Part shown: one piece after another, positions 12,820 to 24,914 of the stretch
How positions within the stretch are numbered: the stretch's first letter is position 1
Layout: the number at the start of each line of letters is the position of its first letter
Source of the DNA: Octopus vulgaris
Lineage: Eukaryota
Assembly: GCA_951406725.2 (NCBI GenBank)
Contig: OX597814.1
Span: 45,756,001-45,820,000 of the forward strand
Reading direction: 5' to 3'
Length of the DNA: 64,000 nucleotides
Program-made: the position numbers and the translations under genes
Notes under the pieces: generated by a model
Database searches by the model: none
What the model saw: only the letters and a program-made list of their open reading frames with translations
Told to the model about the DNA's origin: nothing

Positions 12820-15083
12820 TTAAAGCACTGAATGATTTTTAGCATCATTGTGTTGCCTAAGAATGGGTCTTTCCATTTGCATATCTGGTACTGTCAGTAA
12901 TGTCTTAATTCCTTCCAAACAGCAGCCAGATCCCTTAACTGGGTGAGGACAGAATTCAAGAATTTCTTAATACGAATATAGAAAAGGACTTTGTGAGTGA
13001 AATAATCAGCCATTTTGAAACAAAAATGATGTGTTATATCTAGTTTTCATCGAAACATTAAAGAAAACGAAACAATGTACTTTATCTTGTTTAAATACAA
13101 TCCAATTACTATAGTATTTTTAATCAATTAATATGTAATTAGATACCCAGCATTTTACCTTACATGTATAGGGTGTTTGTTTGTTTGCATGTATGACCAA
13201 ATGTTTAGTATGAAGCTCTGTGTTCAATCTAGTGGGTGGGGTATCTTAGCAAGCCTAAATTAATATGCAGGAATAGCCTGTAGCTGTTAAGACATTCACT
13301 TCATAATCATTAGGACCTAATGTTCAAACCTACTGCATGATTTCATGTGCAAGTGCCTTTTGTATCAAAGCCTTAGGTTGATCCAAGCCTTTTAAGTGAA
13401 AAGTGAGTCTATGGTCACTGTGTGGAAGTCTATTTGACAGATTGTACCTTAAATTCAAAGAGCTGACCACGACTGCCTCACACACATGCAAATTTCTAAA
13501 AATTACATTAAAGATAAATGCCTGTGGAATACTCAACTGGTTAAACAGCAAATCAATGAGTTGGTAATTTCATTGATTGAATAGCTAGAATACTTGTTGA
13601 AATGCATGTGTGAGATCCAGTAGGTTATAAATAGATTTTTATAGAACTGATAAACAATGGATGCAGAGATGTTCTCAAGGGTTGTTTTCAAATGAATAGG
13701 TTCATATTACTTCACCACAAAACACGTATTTACAATAAAACTCCACAAAAATCAAAGGCTGGATTTTCAAGATGGTTTGTCAAACTGTGTGCAACAAGTT
13801 CACACAGAATTAGAACAGTAAAGGTGTGAGATGGAAAATTAGTTGGCTCTTTGCAACAGAACGGTAATAATCAGACAAAAGTAGCTATTTCATATGGGAA
13901 TATACTGTGTCACTGAATGAATTTCAAATACCAAGTAAAATCGATATGAAAATTTTAGTATATTATTGGACAAAATGGGATTAATCACCCTCTTGTATGC
14001 TGAATTCATTTGGGGACTGTGGCTAGTATAGGTGCAGGAATAGCTGTGTGATTAATAAGGTTGCTGTGTAGTTATGTGTGTTGGGTTTTTGATCTCATTG
14101 CATGAAACCCTGGGCAAGTGTTTTCCACTATTGCCTTGCAAGTGAAATTTGGTAGAAGCCCCTTAAGTGTGTGTATATGTGATTGAGTGTGCATATTATG
14201 TGGGATCACATGCAGGCTGACAGAAATGGTATTCTATGTGGCAGATGTGCAAGATTAGTTAGCAGTAACAGTAAACATGAAACAGACCCCTTCATATGCT
14301 CAGAAGGCTCCTGCTAAGTTGATAGCTTTTGTTAACTCGGTGACCTGATTAGTAGTGGAGATGGGTGTTTTGAAAGCATACTTTTCAGAGTTAGGAATGG
14401 CATATGGAACTATTTGCTCTGCTGACAACAAAAGGTTTCTTTTAGAATTAAGAGCAGATTTCATGATGCTTGCTTACAAGTGTGATATTTTATGGTTACC
14501 TGTGCTGGCAACAAAAGTTTCTCTCAGCGTGGAGGGTAGTTTACATGATGCTTATGTAAAATATGCAATACTGCATGATAATAAGAGATGAGCCTTGATT
14601 ATGAAATATATGAAAGTATGATTTGTAATGCTAGCATGTATAAATGACAGAAAAGTAACTCCAAACAAGAATTAATAAGGACCATGATAACCTGTCCAGC
14701 CTATGTTAGCATGCAAGAAGCAGATGTAAAATGATGATGATGATGTGTGCATGTCAACAAGGAATATCAAGATTAGCATACACCACTTTGCTCAAATGGT
14801 GACAAACATGGAATGTATATTGACACACATCCATGCATGCATGGACACACACGATGGACCTCTTACAGTTTCTGTTTACCAAATTCCCTAACATGGCATT
14901 AGTAGACTCGGAGTTATAATAGGAAACAAACATACACAGGTTTAAGGATTTAAGATACATATGGTGTTATGCAGTAGGATTGAACCTGTAACCATGTAGG
15001 TGTGAAGTAAACTTATAATGCACTTATGTAGCTGCATGTAGGAAATTGAAAACATTTATAAGAAAATCCTAAACATATCTATA

Positions 15084-15420
15084 GGTGCAGGCATGGCTGT
15101 GTGGTAAGAAGTTTGCTCCTAACCATATGGTTCTGGGTTCAGTTTTACTGTGTGACACATTGGGCAAGTGTCTTCTATTATAGCCTTGGACCAACCAAAA
15201 CTTTGAGAGTGGATTTGGAAGACGGAAACTGAAAGAAGCCTGTAGTGTGTGTTTCCATCCCTGTCACTTAGCAGATCAGCAAAAGAGACTGATAGAATAA
15301 GTACCAGACTTAAAAGAAAAATTAAATACTTGGGTTGATTCATTCAACTAAAAATTCTTCATGGCAGTGCCCCAGCATGGCTGCAGTCTAATGACTAAAA
15401 CAAGTAAATGATAAAAGATA
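15084..15420 (+). mobile_element. CORE-type tRNA SINE (family A)
   Basis: ggtgcaggcatggctgtgtggtaagaagtttgc head, gggttcag B box, ttgggcaagtgtcttct core, aaaagata tail. Confidence 0.85.
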
Positions 15421-15494
15421 CACACACACTCACACACACAATATCTTGCATTATATTGTATATGTGTATATATACACAAGTGCCTTGCATTCTA

Positions 15495-16740
15495 AGTTAG
15501 TGCAACCCATAGAAGAGAGAAATCAAGAAAGACACTGGACAAATTGGTGAAGGCTGACCTGTAAAATACTGTATCTCGCAGAGGAAATGACAAAGGAATG
15601 TATTGATTGACGATATGTGGTGCTGCAGAAGACATGGTTATCCCTGATGAAATGTGTATTGAATAATAGTAGTAATACAGGCTGAGATCTCCAGTGTGTA
15701 TATTTGTGTATATGTATCCTGCCAAGCCTATATTTGCTGCCACCCTCAGCAACTTTGACCTCTACCTCTTAAGTATCTGGATCACCTTCCTTCTTTCATT
15801 TGTTTCTCCCATTTACTTCAATCAGCTCTTTGCTCTATCACCCATATCCCTTCATCTCTTATCACCATACCATCTATAAAACTCATAAATTATTAAGTGC
15901 CCCAGCCCTACCTTGAATATCATCCTCAATCACTCTATCCCACCTCCATCCTGTACTAGGTCTATGTGCGAAAGACTCAACTGGTTCATCCTCATCACTC
16001 TACCTCTACCTACTTTCTCCAATCCGCCCATCTCCCCTCACCCCTCACTTCAATCATCACCCTTTCATATCTTTCATTTCACCACCTGTAATACTCACTG
16101 GCCCATCACTCCTCTTCTGTCTCTTTTTCTCTCACTGTTCTCTCCCTGCAGTTTCTATGCCACCTCAATGCTCTCACTTACACATCACAATCCAAACACC
16201 TCCCTTTCTATTAATGACTTTTTCTGGTTCCTCATTACTCTTTTTCTCTCATGTTCTCTTTTCCTCACACTTTCTGCCTATATTTGCCCTTATAATGCAA
16301 TATAGCTTTGGACTCCCTCCTCACACAACCCACACACCACCCTTTCCCTCTCATTCTCACTTATATTAATCCTTTTCTTTCTCAATGTTCTTTCAATACT
16401 CCCTTACTCCCTTCCCCATAGTGTTTCATACTCTCCACTACCAACCTCTCACAACTATAGATCTCTTTCTCTCATCATTCTGTATCCTCTCTCAATACCT
16501 AACCTAAAATCATCACAGTTTTCCCCTCTCTTATTCTCCTTCAATTACAGGGGCATATTTAAGCCCTGTACTAGTGAGGTCACCCTATAATGTGACTTCA
16601 CTAGTGCTAGTGTCACAAAAAAGCACCCAGTACACTATGTAAAGTGGTTAGCATTAGGAAGGGTGGCCAGTTGTACAAACCAATTCTATCAAACCATCAA
16701 GCTATGCCAGTATGGAGAGCAGATGTTAAATGATGACGAG
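15495..16740 (+). mobile_element. Old RTE 3' portion with a long pyrimidine-rich segment in the 3' UTR
   Basis: ORF-end remnant at 15495-15640 (aagaaagacactggacaaattggtgaaggctgacc...gaggaaatgacaaagga), a CT-rich tract, then the conserved terminal module at 16600-16740. Confidence 0.55.
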
Positions 16741-16769
16741 GATGTTTTGTGTGTGTGTGTGTGTGTATG

Positions 16770-16925
16770 ACAAGCTTCTTTATCCATCTCTTTTCAAATT
16801 CACTCAGATTGCTTTGGCTGGCTGAAGGATGTGATAGAAGATACTTACCCAAAGTGCCATGCAGTGGGATTGAAATCAAATCCGCATGATTGTGAAGCAA
16901 ACTTCTTCACCACACGACCATGCCT
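16770..16925 (-). mobile_element. CORE-type tRNA SINE (family A), 5' half
   Basis: gaagatacttacccaaagtgccatgcagtgggattgaa...ccacacgaccatgcct is the reverse complement of the family A head. Confidence 0.75.
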
Positions 16926-16954
16926 GAGCTTATATATATATATATATATATATA

Positions 16955-17252
16955 GCAATAATAATTCTCTAAAAGGGATATAGACAGTAACTGCTCGATA
17001 ATATAAGGGACTAAAGCCATCTGAATATGGCTAGGGACAGGGCAGGGTGGTGGGGGTGTTACTGTTGCATTTAGCCCCAGGCGAACATCGACGTCACCAG
17101 AAAGGCTCGACACCGTCACGGTGCCCTACCGTGACGGTGTCGAGCCTTTCTGGTGACGTCGATGTTCGCCTGGGGCTAAATGCAACAGTAACACCCCCAC
17201 CACCCTGCCCTGTCCCTAGCCATATTCAGATGGCTTTAGTCCCTTATATTAT
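16955..17252 (-). mobile_element. Foldback insertion in (TA)n, probable PLE remnant
   Basis: Perfect 125 bp inverted arms (16998-17122 and 17128-17252), 5 nt loop, ~43 bp unique tail, (TA)n on both sides. The palindrome is seen directly and the PLE assignment is inferred. Confidence 0.65.
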
Positions 17253-17947
17253 ATATATATATATATATATATATCTGGTTTTGGGGTAAGTTCCACTATG
17301 TGGCACTAGACAAGTGTCTTCTAATATAGCTTCAGATCAACCAAAGTTTTGAAAGAATTTGGAGGTGAAAACTGGAAAGAAGCCCAATGTGTGTGGGGGT
17401 GGGGTGTGGGGGTGAGATCAACTTTTAACATCCATTTTCCAAGCTGATATAGGTGACGGGATTTAACATGCTGGAGGACTGCGTCATTCTCCAATGTCTG
17501 CTTTTGTATAGCTTCTACAGCTGTGGATGCCCTTCCTAACAGCTACCACCTTACAGAGTGTATTGGGTGCTTTGAGGATGTCATGTAGCTTGCAGGTCCA
17601 AGATACTCCCTTAACTGGGTAGGGTTACAGTAGAGACAGATTTATACTAGATAATGAGGCATTAAAAACTGAAATGGGCTAGAACAGGTTTCTTGATGTA
17701 GAGGACATACATGACACTTTGCACTATAAAAGCATGGATGGGAGGAATCAGGATGTTCTCCTTATTAATTATTCTACTACTAGTTTGTTATGTTTCAAAT
17801 AAAGTAACATACCTGATCCAGGGATTGAACTCACATTCAATAACTAATTAACCTCTGACACTTGATGCTTATATTGACTATCCTATTGTTCCCATCGAAC
17901 AATTAGGTAGCAGAATCTAGAAACTTTAAGCGAAACTAGAAACTTCT

Positions 17948-18163
17948 GCGAGCTGGCAGAATCGTTAGCACGCCGGGCGAAATGCGTAGCCTTATTTTCG
18001 TCTGCCGTTACGTTCTGAGTTCAAATTCCGCCGAGGTCGACTTTGCCTTTCATCCTTTCGGGGTCGATTAATTAAGTACCAGTTAAGCACTGGGGGTCGA
18101 TGTAATCGACTTAATCTGTTTGTCCCCTCTGTGTTTAGCCCCTTATGAGTAGTAAAGAAATAG
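17948..18163 (+). mobile_element. Young Meta-domain tRNA SINE (family B) with 17 bp TSD
   Basis: gcgagctggcagaatcgttagcacgccgggcgaaatg...gagttcaaattcc...gcctttcatcctttcggggtcgattaattaagtaccag with CpGs intact. TSD GAATCTAGAAACTTTAA at 17913-17929 and 18164-18180. Confidence 0.92.
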
Positions 18164-19719
18164 GAATCTAGAAACTTTAAATCTAACTTTGTTTTAAGAT
18201 AGTAAGTTACTAAATCATTTTGACCCACAACAGTTCAGATTTATTGATCATGAGAGAAACAGATTAAGTTACTGTTTCTTATTTGCATATAAACATTAAC
18301 ACAGAAATTTTCTGGTTATAATTACCAAATGCTATGAATCAACACATGCATGCATTCGTTAGGTGAAAAAATCAAATGATTGTTTTCAAGGAAAACAATA
18401 AAGAACAATAAAAAAATAACTGAAACAAGTACTTGTTAGGCAACTACCAACTATTTGTTAGGAGAATTGACTATATGAATCATTTATGAGTATTTCATTA
18501 AATTGCTTTATTTTAATACTTTTTTTCTTGTTTCACATCTTTCTTTCCTTGCTTATAAATTTTTTTTTTTGTTGTAATATTCTATTGCTGGATTCCCTTT
18601 GTAGTAAGATAGTAACACTTTTTTTTGTCAGTTAAACAAGCTGGAGGCTTTTGTTGAGAGGCAAAAATTATAAACTAATGTAAGATTTCAAAATATGCTC
18701 ATGTAATCCAGTATATTAGCCTCACAGCCATTGTGCTTTTCTCAATTCTAATCTAAAATGTGCACTTAACTCCGACCTAGAGTCAAATACATTTCAAAAA
18801 ACTACCAAAGGCTAAGCTGAAATCAAATACAACTAAGGAGACTACAATGACAGGGTTACAGCTGCAAGTCAGTACAATCAGAGCTGACTTGGGGATAAAC
18901 AACAACCACTATGACTAATCATAAAATTATTATTGCTTTATTTTCTGTGTAAATATATGTGTGTGTGTGCACGTGTGTGTGTGTGCACGTGTGTGTGAGT
19001 GCTTCTCAACTAAAGATGTTGCTTTTTTTTTTTATTTTATTTTCTCTTTTACCCAATGGTGGCTAATATTAGTTATCTAAACACACAGCTACTATGTTTC
19101 CATTGTTATTTAATAAAATTTCAGAACACTTCCTCATAACTGTTTTTGACATATTTTAAAAATTCAGACTGCATACTGAAATGAAGAAATTTTAATAATT
19201 TTCAGAAATTTCAAACCTGTAGCTCTAATTTTCTAATAATGATAGTATATAGGTACCAACATTAAGAATTACACACATATTGATCCAGTGTTTAATAACA
19301 ATGGTTATAAGAATAGCCATTACAGATAACTGAACTTGTTGATTGTATATTTACTGGAAATTCAACTATTGTTTCAATTTAAACAACACTTCAATTTACT
19401 TAAAAATATTGTAGAAATTTTATATTTTAATACCTTTCATGTTGCCCATATTTCCCATGCATTTCTTTTCTTTAATATTCCCAATTTTTTTTTATATTTC
19501 CCTTATTTTTGAAACTGTTTCAATATTTTTTACTTAATTAAAACCAAACCCTAGATTATGAAGTACATATCCAAGCATTAAGTTTTATAACCATGTAAAC
19601 AAATTGCACATAACCAACAGTGAACAAATCTCAGAACTAAATACTTTAATATACTTATATATATTTTCTGTTTATACATACAGTTCTCTGCCAAAATCAG
19701 CCTTTTGCTGAGTCCCATT

Positions 19720-19916
19720 TAAAAGTGCTCATGCCAGTGCCACGTTAAAAGCACACAGCACACACTGTAAAGTGGTTGGCACTAGGAAAGGCATCCAGTC
19801 ACAGAAACTAAGCCAAATCAGCTGGTGCAGCTCTTTGGCTTGCCAACTCTGGTCAAATTGTTCAACCCATGCCAGCATGGAAAATGGATGTTAAAGGATG
19901 ATGATGATGATGATGA
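19720..19916 (+). mobile_element. RTE LINE 3' terminal fragment
   Basis: tgccagtgccacgttaaaagcac...ggaaaggcatccag...aacccatgccagcatggaaa...(GAT)n. Confidence 0.8.
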
Positions 19917-21669
19917 ACATCATCATCATCATCATGTAGAAAAATAAAAACACCTGCTTTCCATCACATGTCTAGGAAGGAGTGGGATTACATTTGGGCA
20001 AGTGACAAGCTTATAGGATCCCAGATAGAGCCACAGTGAAATTTAGTGAAAACACGATTTGGATTTTTGTAAAAAGTCAATGACAAAACCAATGATTGAT
20101 AGGTTTCCTAATTTGTCAGGAGCTAGGATCAATCAATTCTACCAAGCAATTACTGCATGGCATTAAGAGAAGTAGAACATTATTTAGTGTGTGATGAAGC
20201 TATGCCAAGATGATTATATCCAACATAAACCAAACTAAACTGAATGTAGCCAAAGTTAACAATTTTTCTTGACAAAAGACCAAAGTTTTTTTTCCTTCAA
20301 TTTTCTATCAGAAAAGAGCATTGCATGTGACTTTTGCCAACTCTTCTACATTGTTGAGATCAATGTAGAGTGAAATGTAAACATTTGGAAATTGATCGCT
20401 GCAAGAAAAAAATAGGCAGAGAACCAATTCCAAAGGGTTTTATTGAAATGTGTTGGGAGTAATATAATACATTCTAGAATCAAGAACTCTGAGTTTTAAG
20501 ATAACTAGCAGTTTTATCATTCCTTTCAATCTTTAAAATAAATATATAAGCCTTTTCAGCTATTTAATAAAAGATAAAAGTTTCCCCACAAAAATCTTTT
20601 TTTAAACAATTGGTAGTCTATTAATTTCTCAGAGAACCAAGTTTATTTCCAATTGCTACATTTTTACATCTCTTACAAGTTTTTTTTTTTTTTTTTTATC
20701 TAAGAGGACTTTTGTCAAGTTAAAAAATATTACAAAACTAACCAATCATTCAGAAAAATTCTTTATGAGTGGAACACACACACACATTGTTTGATAGTTA
20801 AAATCATTAGACCATGTATATCAGATAAAGACATGAATGAATTGTAGCTCAACACTTCAAATGTTTAAAAATAAATAAAAACAAATAAAAATAGTTACTT
20901 ACTGCTACATGAGTAGGGACAGGTATCGAATTATGAAAAAGAAAAACAAAAAAAAACAAAATGTTAGAATTTAAAAACAGAATTTATTTCAAACAGAAAA
21001 TAATTTTATATTTTCTCTCATTTACATTTTTTCAATAAGAAACATTGCATTTTTCAAGAAATGAACTTTGAAGAAAAACAATTTAAATTATATTTTACAA
21101 CACCCATTCACAGGTAACATATATTGTCCATGAGCAAAACAAGCAATTAAAACAAAATAAAATCAAATGAAATAAAAAGTTTGTTAAATACTAAACATCA
21201 ATGGCAAAATAGAATTCTGTAAGTAGTAATTAATTTAAGCATGCTATTTAAAAAAAATTGTAAATTATCATTATCAGTAAGACACACCTCACGCCCACCC
21301 CACAAAAGCTTTCTTAGTAATTAGATGTATAAATTCTTTATAAACAAACACCATCGTGAAGATTTTAAGGTGTATTTCTAGTCTAGATTGGATATGTAAT
21401 TAAACTTAATCATTGCTGAATTGCTTAATTTACAGTGGGATGCCTTTTATTTACTTTCTTAAACCAAACTATCTCAGTAAATGTAATCATTAGCTCATTA
21501 AACAGTCATCATTGTTATAACTATTGGATACATCAACTGCTTAAAAATGATGAAACAACCTACGGTTACAATCAGGTAGATTAAAACTTATGTACTTTGA
21601 TTTATACTAAATATGATATTCTTCAGCCTGTAGTGTTTACAATTTTACTGCTATAAAACATCACAATTA

Positions 21670-21735
21670 TCATATCCGTCGTATAATCTGCACGTCTCCA
21701 CTGAAAGAATTCTTTACAAATATAGGTTCATCATA
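21670..21735 (-). CDS. Candidate terminal exon B (YDEPIFVKNSFSGDVQIIRRI*)
   Basis: Acceptor ttgtgtgacgtttag|TAT, open to TGA, peptide resembles exon A at 21939-22016. Confidence 0.3.
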   Translation of the reverse strand, partial: YDEPIFVKNSFSGDVQIIRRI

Positions 21736-21938
21736 CTAAACGTCACACAAATTTCTAAACAGTATAAAGGGGATTTATTTGGTGAAAAACAACTTGTAGC
21801 TGTTGCAAGAAACTTACTTTAAATATCATAGTGCTAACTTATTTTCAAGCATTTGTCCACAGATAACATCATTAGGTATTCACTGCTAGTAAAAAGATTT
21901 TACTATAACTTTCAGTAGAAAGATCTGATAACTTTATG

Positions 21939-22016
21939 TCAACTGCATTTCACATGGACAATGCTCTGTATGTACATGGAATTATGATTTCTAGCAATCT
22001 CTACTGGAAGTTCATA
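21939..22016 (-). CDS. Candidate terminal exon A (YELPVEIARNHNSMYIQSIVHVKCS*)
   Basis: T-tract plus attgtgatttaaag|TAT acceptor, open to TGA. A donor AAA|GTAAGT lies downstream at 21817. Confidence 0.3.
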   Translation of the reverse strand, partial: YELPVEIARNHNSMYIQSIVHVKCS

Positions 22017-22524
22017 CTTTAAATCACAATAAAAAAAAATTCACTCTAAGTAGACATTTTTTTCAAATTCAAGTAATATTTCTACAAGACCCAACAATAC
22101 TACTATTAAGTGCTGATTCCATATTTGGGACATATCCTATTTTGATTTCAGAAATCATAGGTATAAGTAGAAAAACTTCTGATTAAAAATCTTCAATCTG
22201 TAGCTCACCATTGTGCAGTTTCCACTGAGTATTGGGCCCAATGTTATTGACAAACCCCTCCCCCAAACTTCAGACCTTGCACCTAGAGTAGAAAGAATTT
22301 ACTGTCATCACTGTCACCACTGCTATCTCCTCCACCTACAGAGTTCTTGATTTTAAAGAAAAGTTCATTTTGCTGAAATCAATTATTTCTATTATTTAAA
22401 AAAATATTATTTTTAACAGCAGAGTTAGTATTTGATGCTTTTAGCATGATTATCTTGTAGTTATTTTCAAAATGCATTTTAATGAAATTGTCAGCAAGCT
22501 TTCTAACAGTGCAGGTTTTAATTT

Positions 22525-22730
22525 CTACTAATCTGCTATAGTTGCTTCCAACAGAGATTCCTTGCTTTTAAAGGTTCTTGGAATCTTAATGAACTGCCAT
22601 ACATTTCCAATAGCATTTAAGTCAGGTTCCAATACTAAAATATTGATTATAATGAGGAAACCACTACAATCAGTTTTTCATTCAAGTTAGCACAACCATT
22701 TTCATGTTTGAACATTCATTCTTCTTACTA
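22525..22730 (-). mobile_element. Tc1/mariner transposase C-terminal remnant
   Basis: Translates E*MFKHENG...EPDLNAIGNVWQFIKIPRTFKSKESLLEATI, resembling the Tc1 motifs FQQDNA and SPDLNPIENxW. Confidence 0.55.
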
Positions 22731-24144
22731 CAACTAACTGTCAAGTTGGAAAAGAAAGGTATGAAGTCCCACCTCTTCTTTTTCTGAAGAAAGTTGCAAT
22801 TAACTATTCAAATAAAATAATTATCCATTATCATTTTACTTGTACTTTCTATGCTAGCATGGTTTTCATAGGGCATGATGATTTGAGTCAATTCTTATTC
22901 AAAGTTATTGCTCTCCTTAGGTGTGGGGAGCCATTTCCTAACATCAACTGATTTACTGAGTGTACTTGGTACATTTTATCATGGCATCAGTATGAGTGAA
23001 GATGCTCTGTATCTGCAAAACAGAAGGGGATTTTCACTGCTCTCCATTGCCTTTGTTTGTTCAGGTTAACATAACCAATATGATGAGTAGAATAGAGGGT
23101 GATTGTAGATGAACTTAGGTGCAAGGGTGAAAAAAAAAAACGTATGAAAGGGAGTCAGCAAGTGAGGTAATGGTGTGAAAGAGAAAGAAATAGGTGAGAC
23201 AGTGTTTTGAAAGTGACAAAGTATCAAAGGTAAATTGTAATGGGAGAGAGACAGTCATGACATAGGGTAATGGGGGACACAACTAATGTTAACTACATGT
23301 ATGAAGTAAAAGAGTGCTTGAGTGAGGGATAGTGACAACTGGGAGCAATATGGAAGGGAATGGTAATGCTAAGTGGCACAGGTGATGGGTAGCTGAGATG
23401 GTAATGGAAAGAGAGTGATGACTATCAGTTAAAGAGTAACCTGAAGGAGAGGGAGAGATGTTGGACAGCAGAAGAGGGTAAATGCATCAACATCGATAAA
23501 TTCAATGCAATATCTTGTTAATCAGGCATTGTGTTGAAAAAGAAACACTAATGACAGCAACAATATTTGCTGGTAAGAGAAAGAAGGGGTGTGTGATGAA
23601 TCATTGTAGGAAGGGTCACTAGTAAGGGTGTGATGGGTGATGCGGTGCAGTGAATAGAAGAAGAAGCAACAGTGATAAGAGGATATCAAATAAGCAAGCA
23701 GAGCAACAAATGAAAATTTAGCAGCAACAAAATTGTCAATAGGCCCAAATGTGGATATGTAAAGCTGTCTCCGGCATCAGAATATAACCCTAACCTTCAA
23801 ATGATATAAGGAAAATTAAAAAAAAAATACTAGCCCAACCATCAACAGCTGACTATACTTTGACTAACAACAACTTCCTACTTGAGTTAACTATGGTGTT
23901 TGAAGACATGACTGACTTAAAAGACTTCACCCAGGTGGTGCTATTATTTTACACATGCCCTGAGTCAAAACTGAGTGAAATCTACCAAAGATTCTCACGA
24001 TGTCCTTGTACATATATGTGTGTGTGTGTGTGTATGTATATATATATATATATGCATATATATATATACTAGCAGAATTGCCCGGCGTTGCTCGGGGCTG
24101 AATTGCTTGAAAGTACTGTTAATGATTGCACTGAATTATGATGA

Positions 24145-24690
24145 TTATTCAGGCAAATATTGATATAAGTTTACAGTGGGAGATAAGGACTTAACGATCA
24201 AACGTGTGCCATTGCATTGTTTTGGGGGAACCAAATTTCTGATGAGCATTATAGGGGCACCAACTTTAAGTTTGAGAAAGTGTGGTGGTAGTCCGGGATG
24301 CTCAAAGGAATTGAGTACCTCTATTGGATAGTTGATGACGTCCTCTGGGTCAGGAGTTGTATCGATAGACTGATATACATAGACTTCCCCAGGAATGAGT
24401 TTTAGCATTTCATCATTAATATGGTGAACAGTTTTATTCCTCGGGGCCAGTATAGCCTTTTTGCCAATCCAATCCATATTCTGATAATTAGCTTGTAGAT
24501 CTGGGAACACTGCATCTCTGAGATCAGAAGGCATCTTAACAATGGTACAAATGGAATCGATGGCAATATTACCATTTTCATCCCCTGGTATTTTGCCTTC
24601 GCCAAGTGCAAGGAGGGTGTGAGGAAATGCTGCTGATGTGATATTACGTCGCATATGAGCACGCATATTGGTGTGAAGTTTGAGAGTTAC
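24145..24690 (-). pseudogene. Helitron RepHel Pif1-family helicase internal fragment
   Basis: LHTNMRA...LLALGEG...AILAPRN...YPIEVLNS...GLPPHFLKLKVGAPIMLIRNL...CNGTRLIV are hallmark Helitron Pif1 motifs. Truncated at both ends. Confidence 0.92.
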
Positions 24691-24914
24691 TTCCCTTTAT
24701 TAAAAAAAATATGCATTAAAATGGAAAAAAATGATGGTAAATTATTTGTAAAATCATAGACTCATCGTAGACGCGCGCTAATACCCAGAAGGGCTCGATA
24801 TGAATCACGACTATAAGATACCCGGTTTTAGTTAAACTGCATTGCAAAATGTGGGAGTAGTTAGGAATCTAAATCGGAGTAGACAGACACACAACCTTTC
24901 TTTTATATATAAAT

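Noticed and set aside
19897-19935. (GAT)n-AA-(CAT)n hairpin
   Set aside because: An RTE tail abutting a complementary trinucleotide run, so a simple-repeat palindrome.
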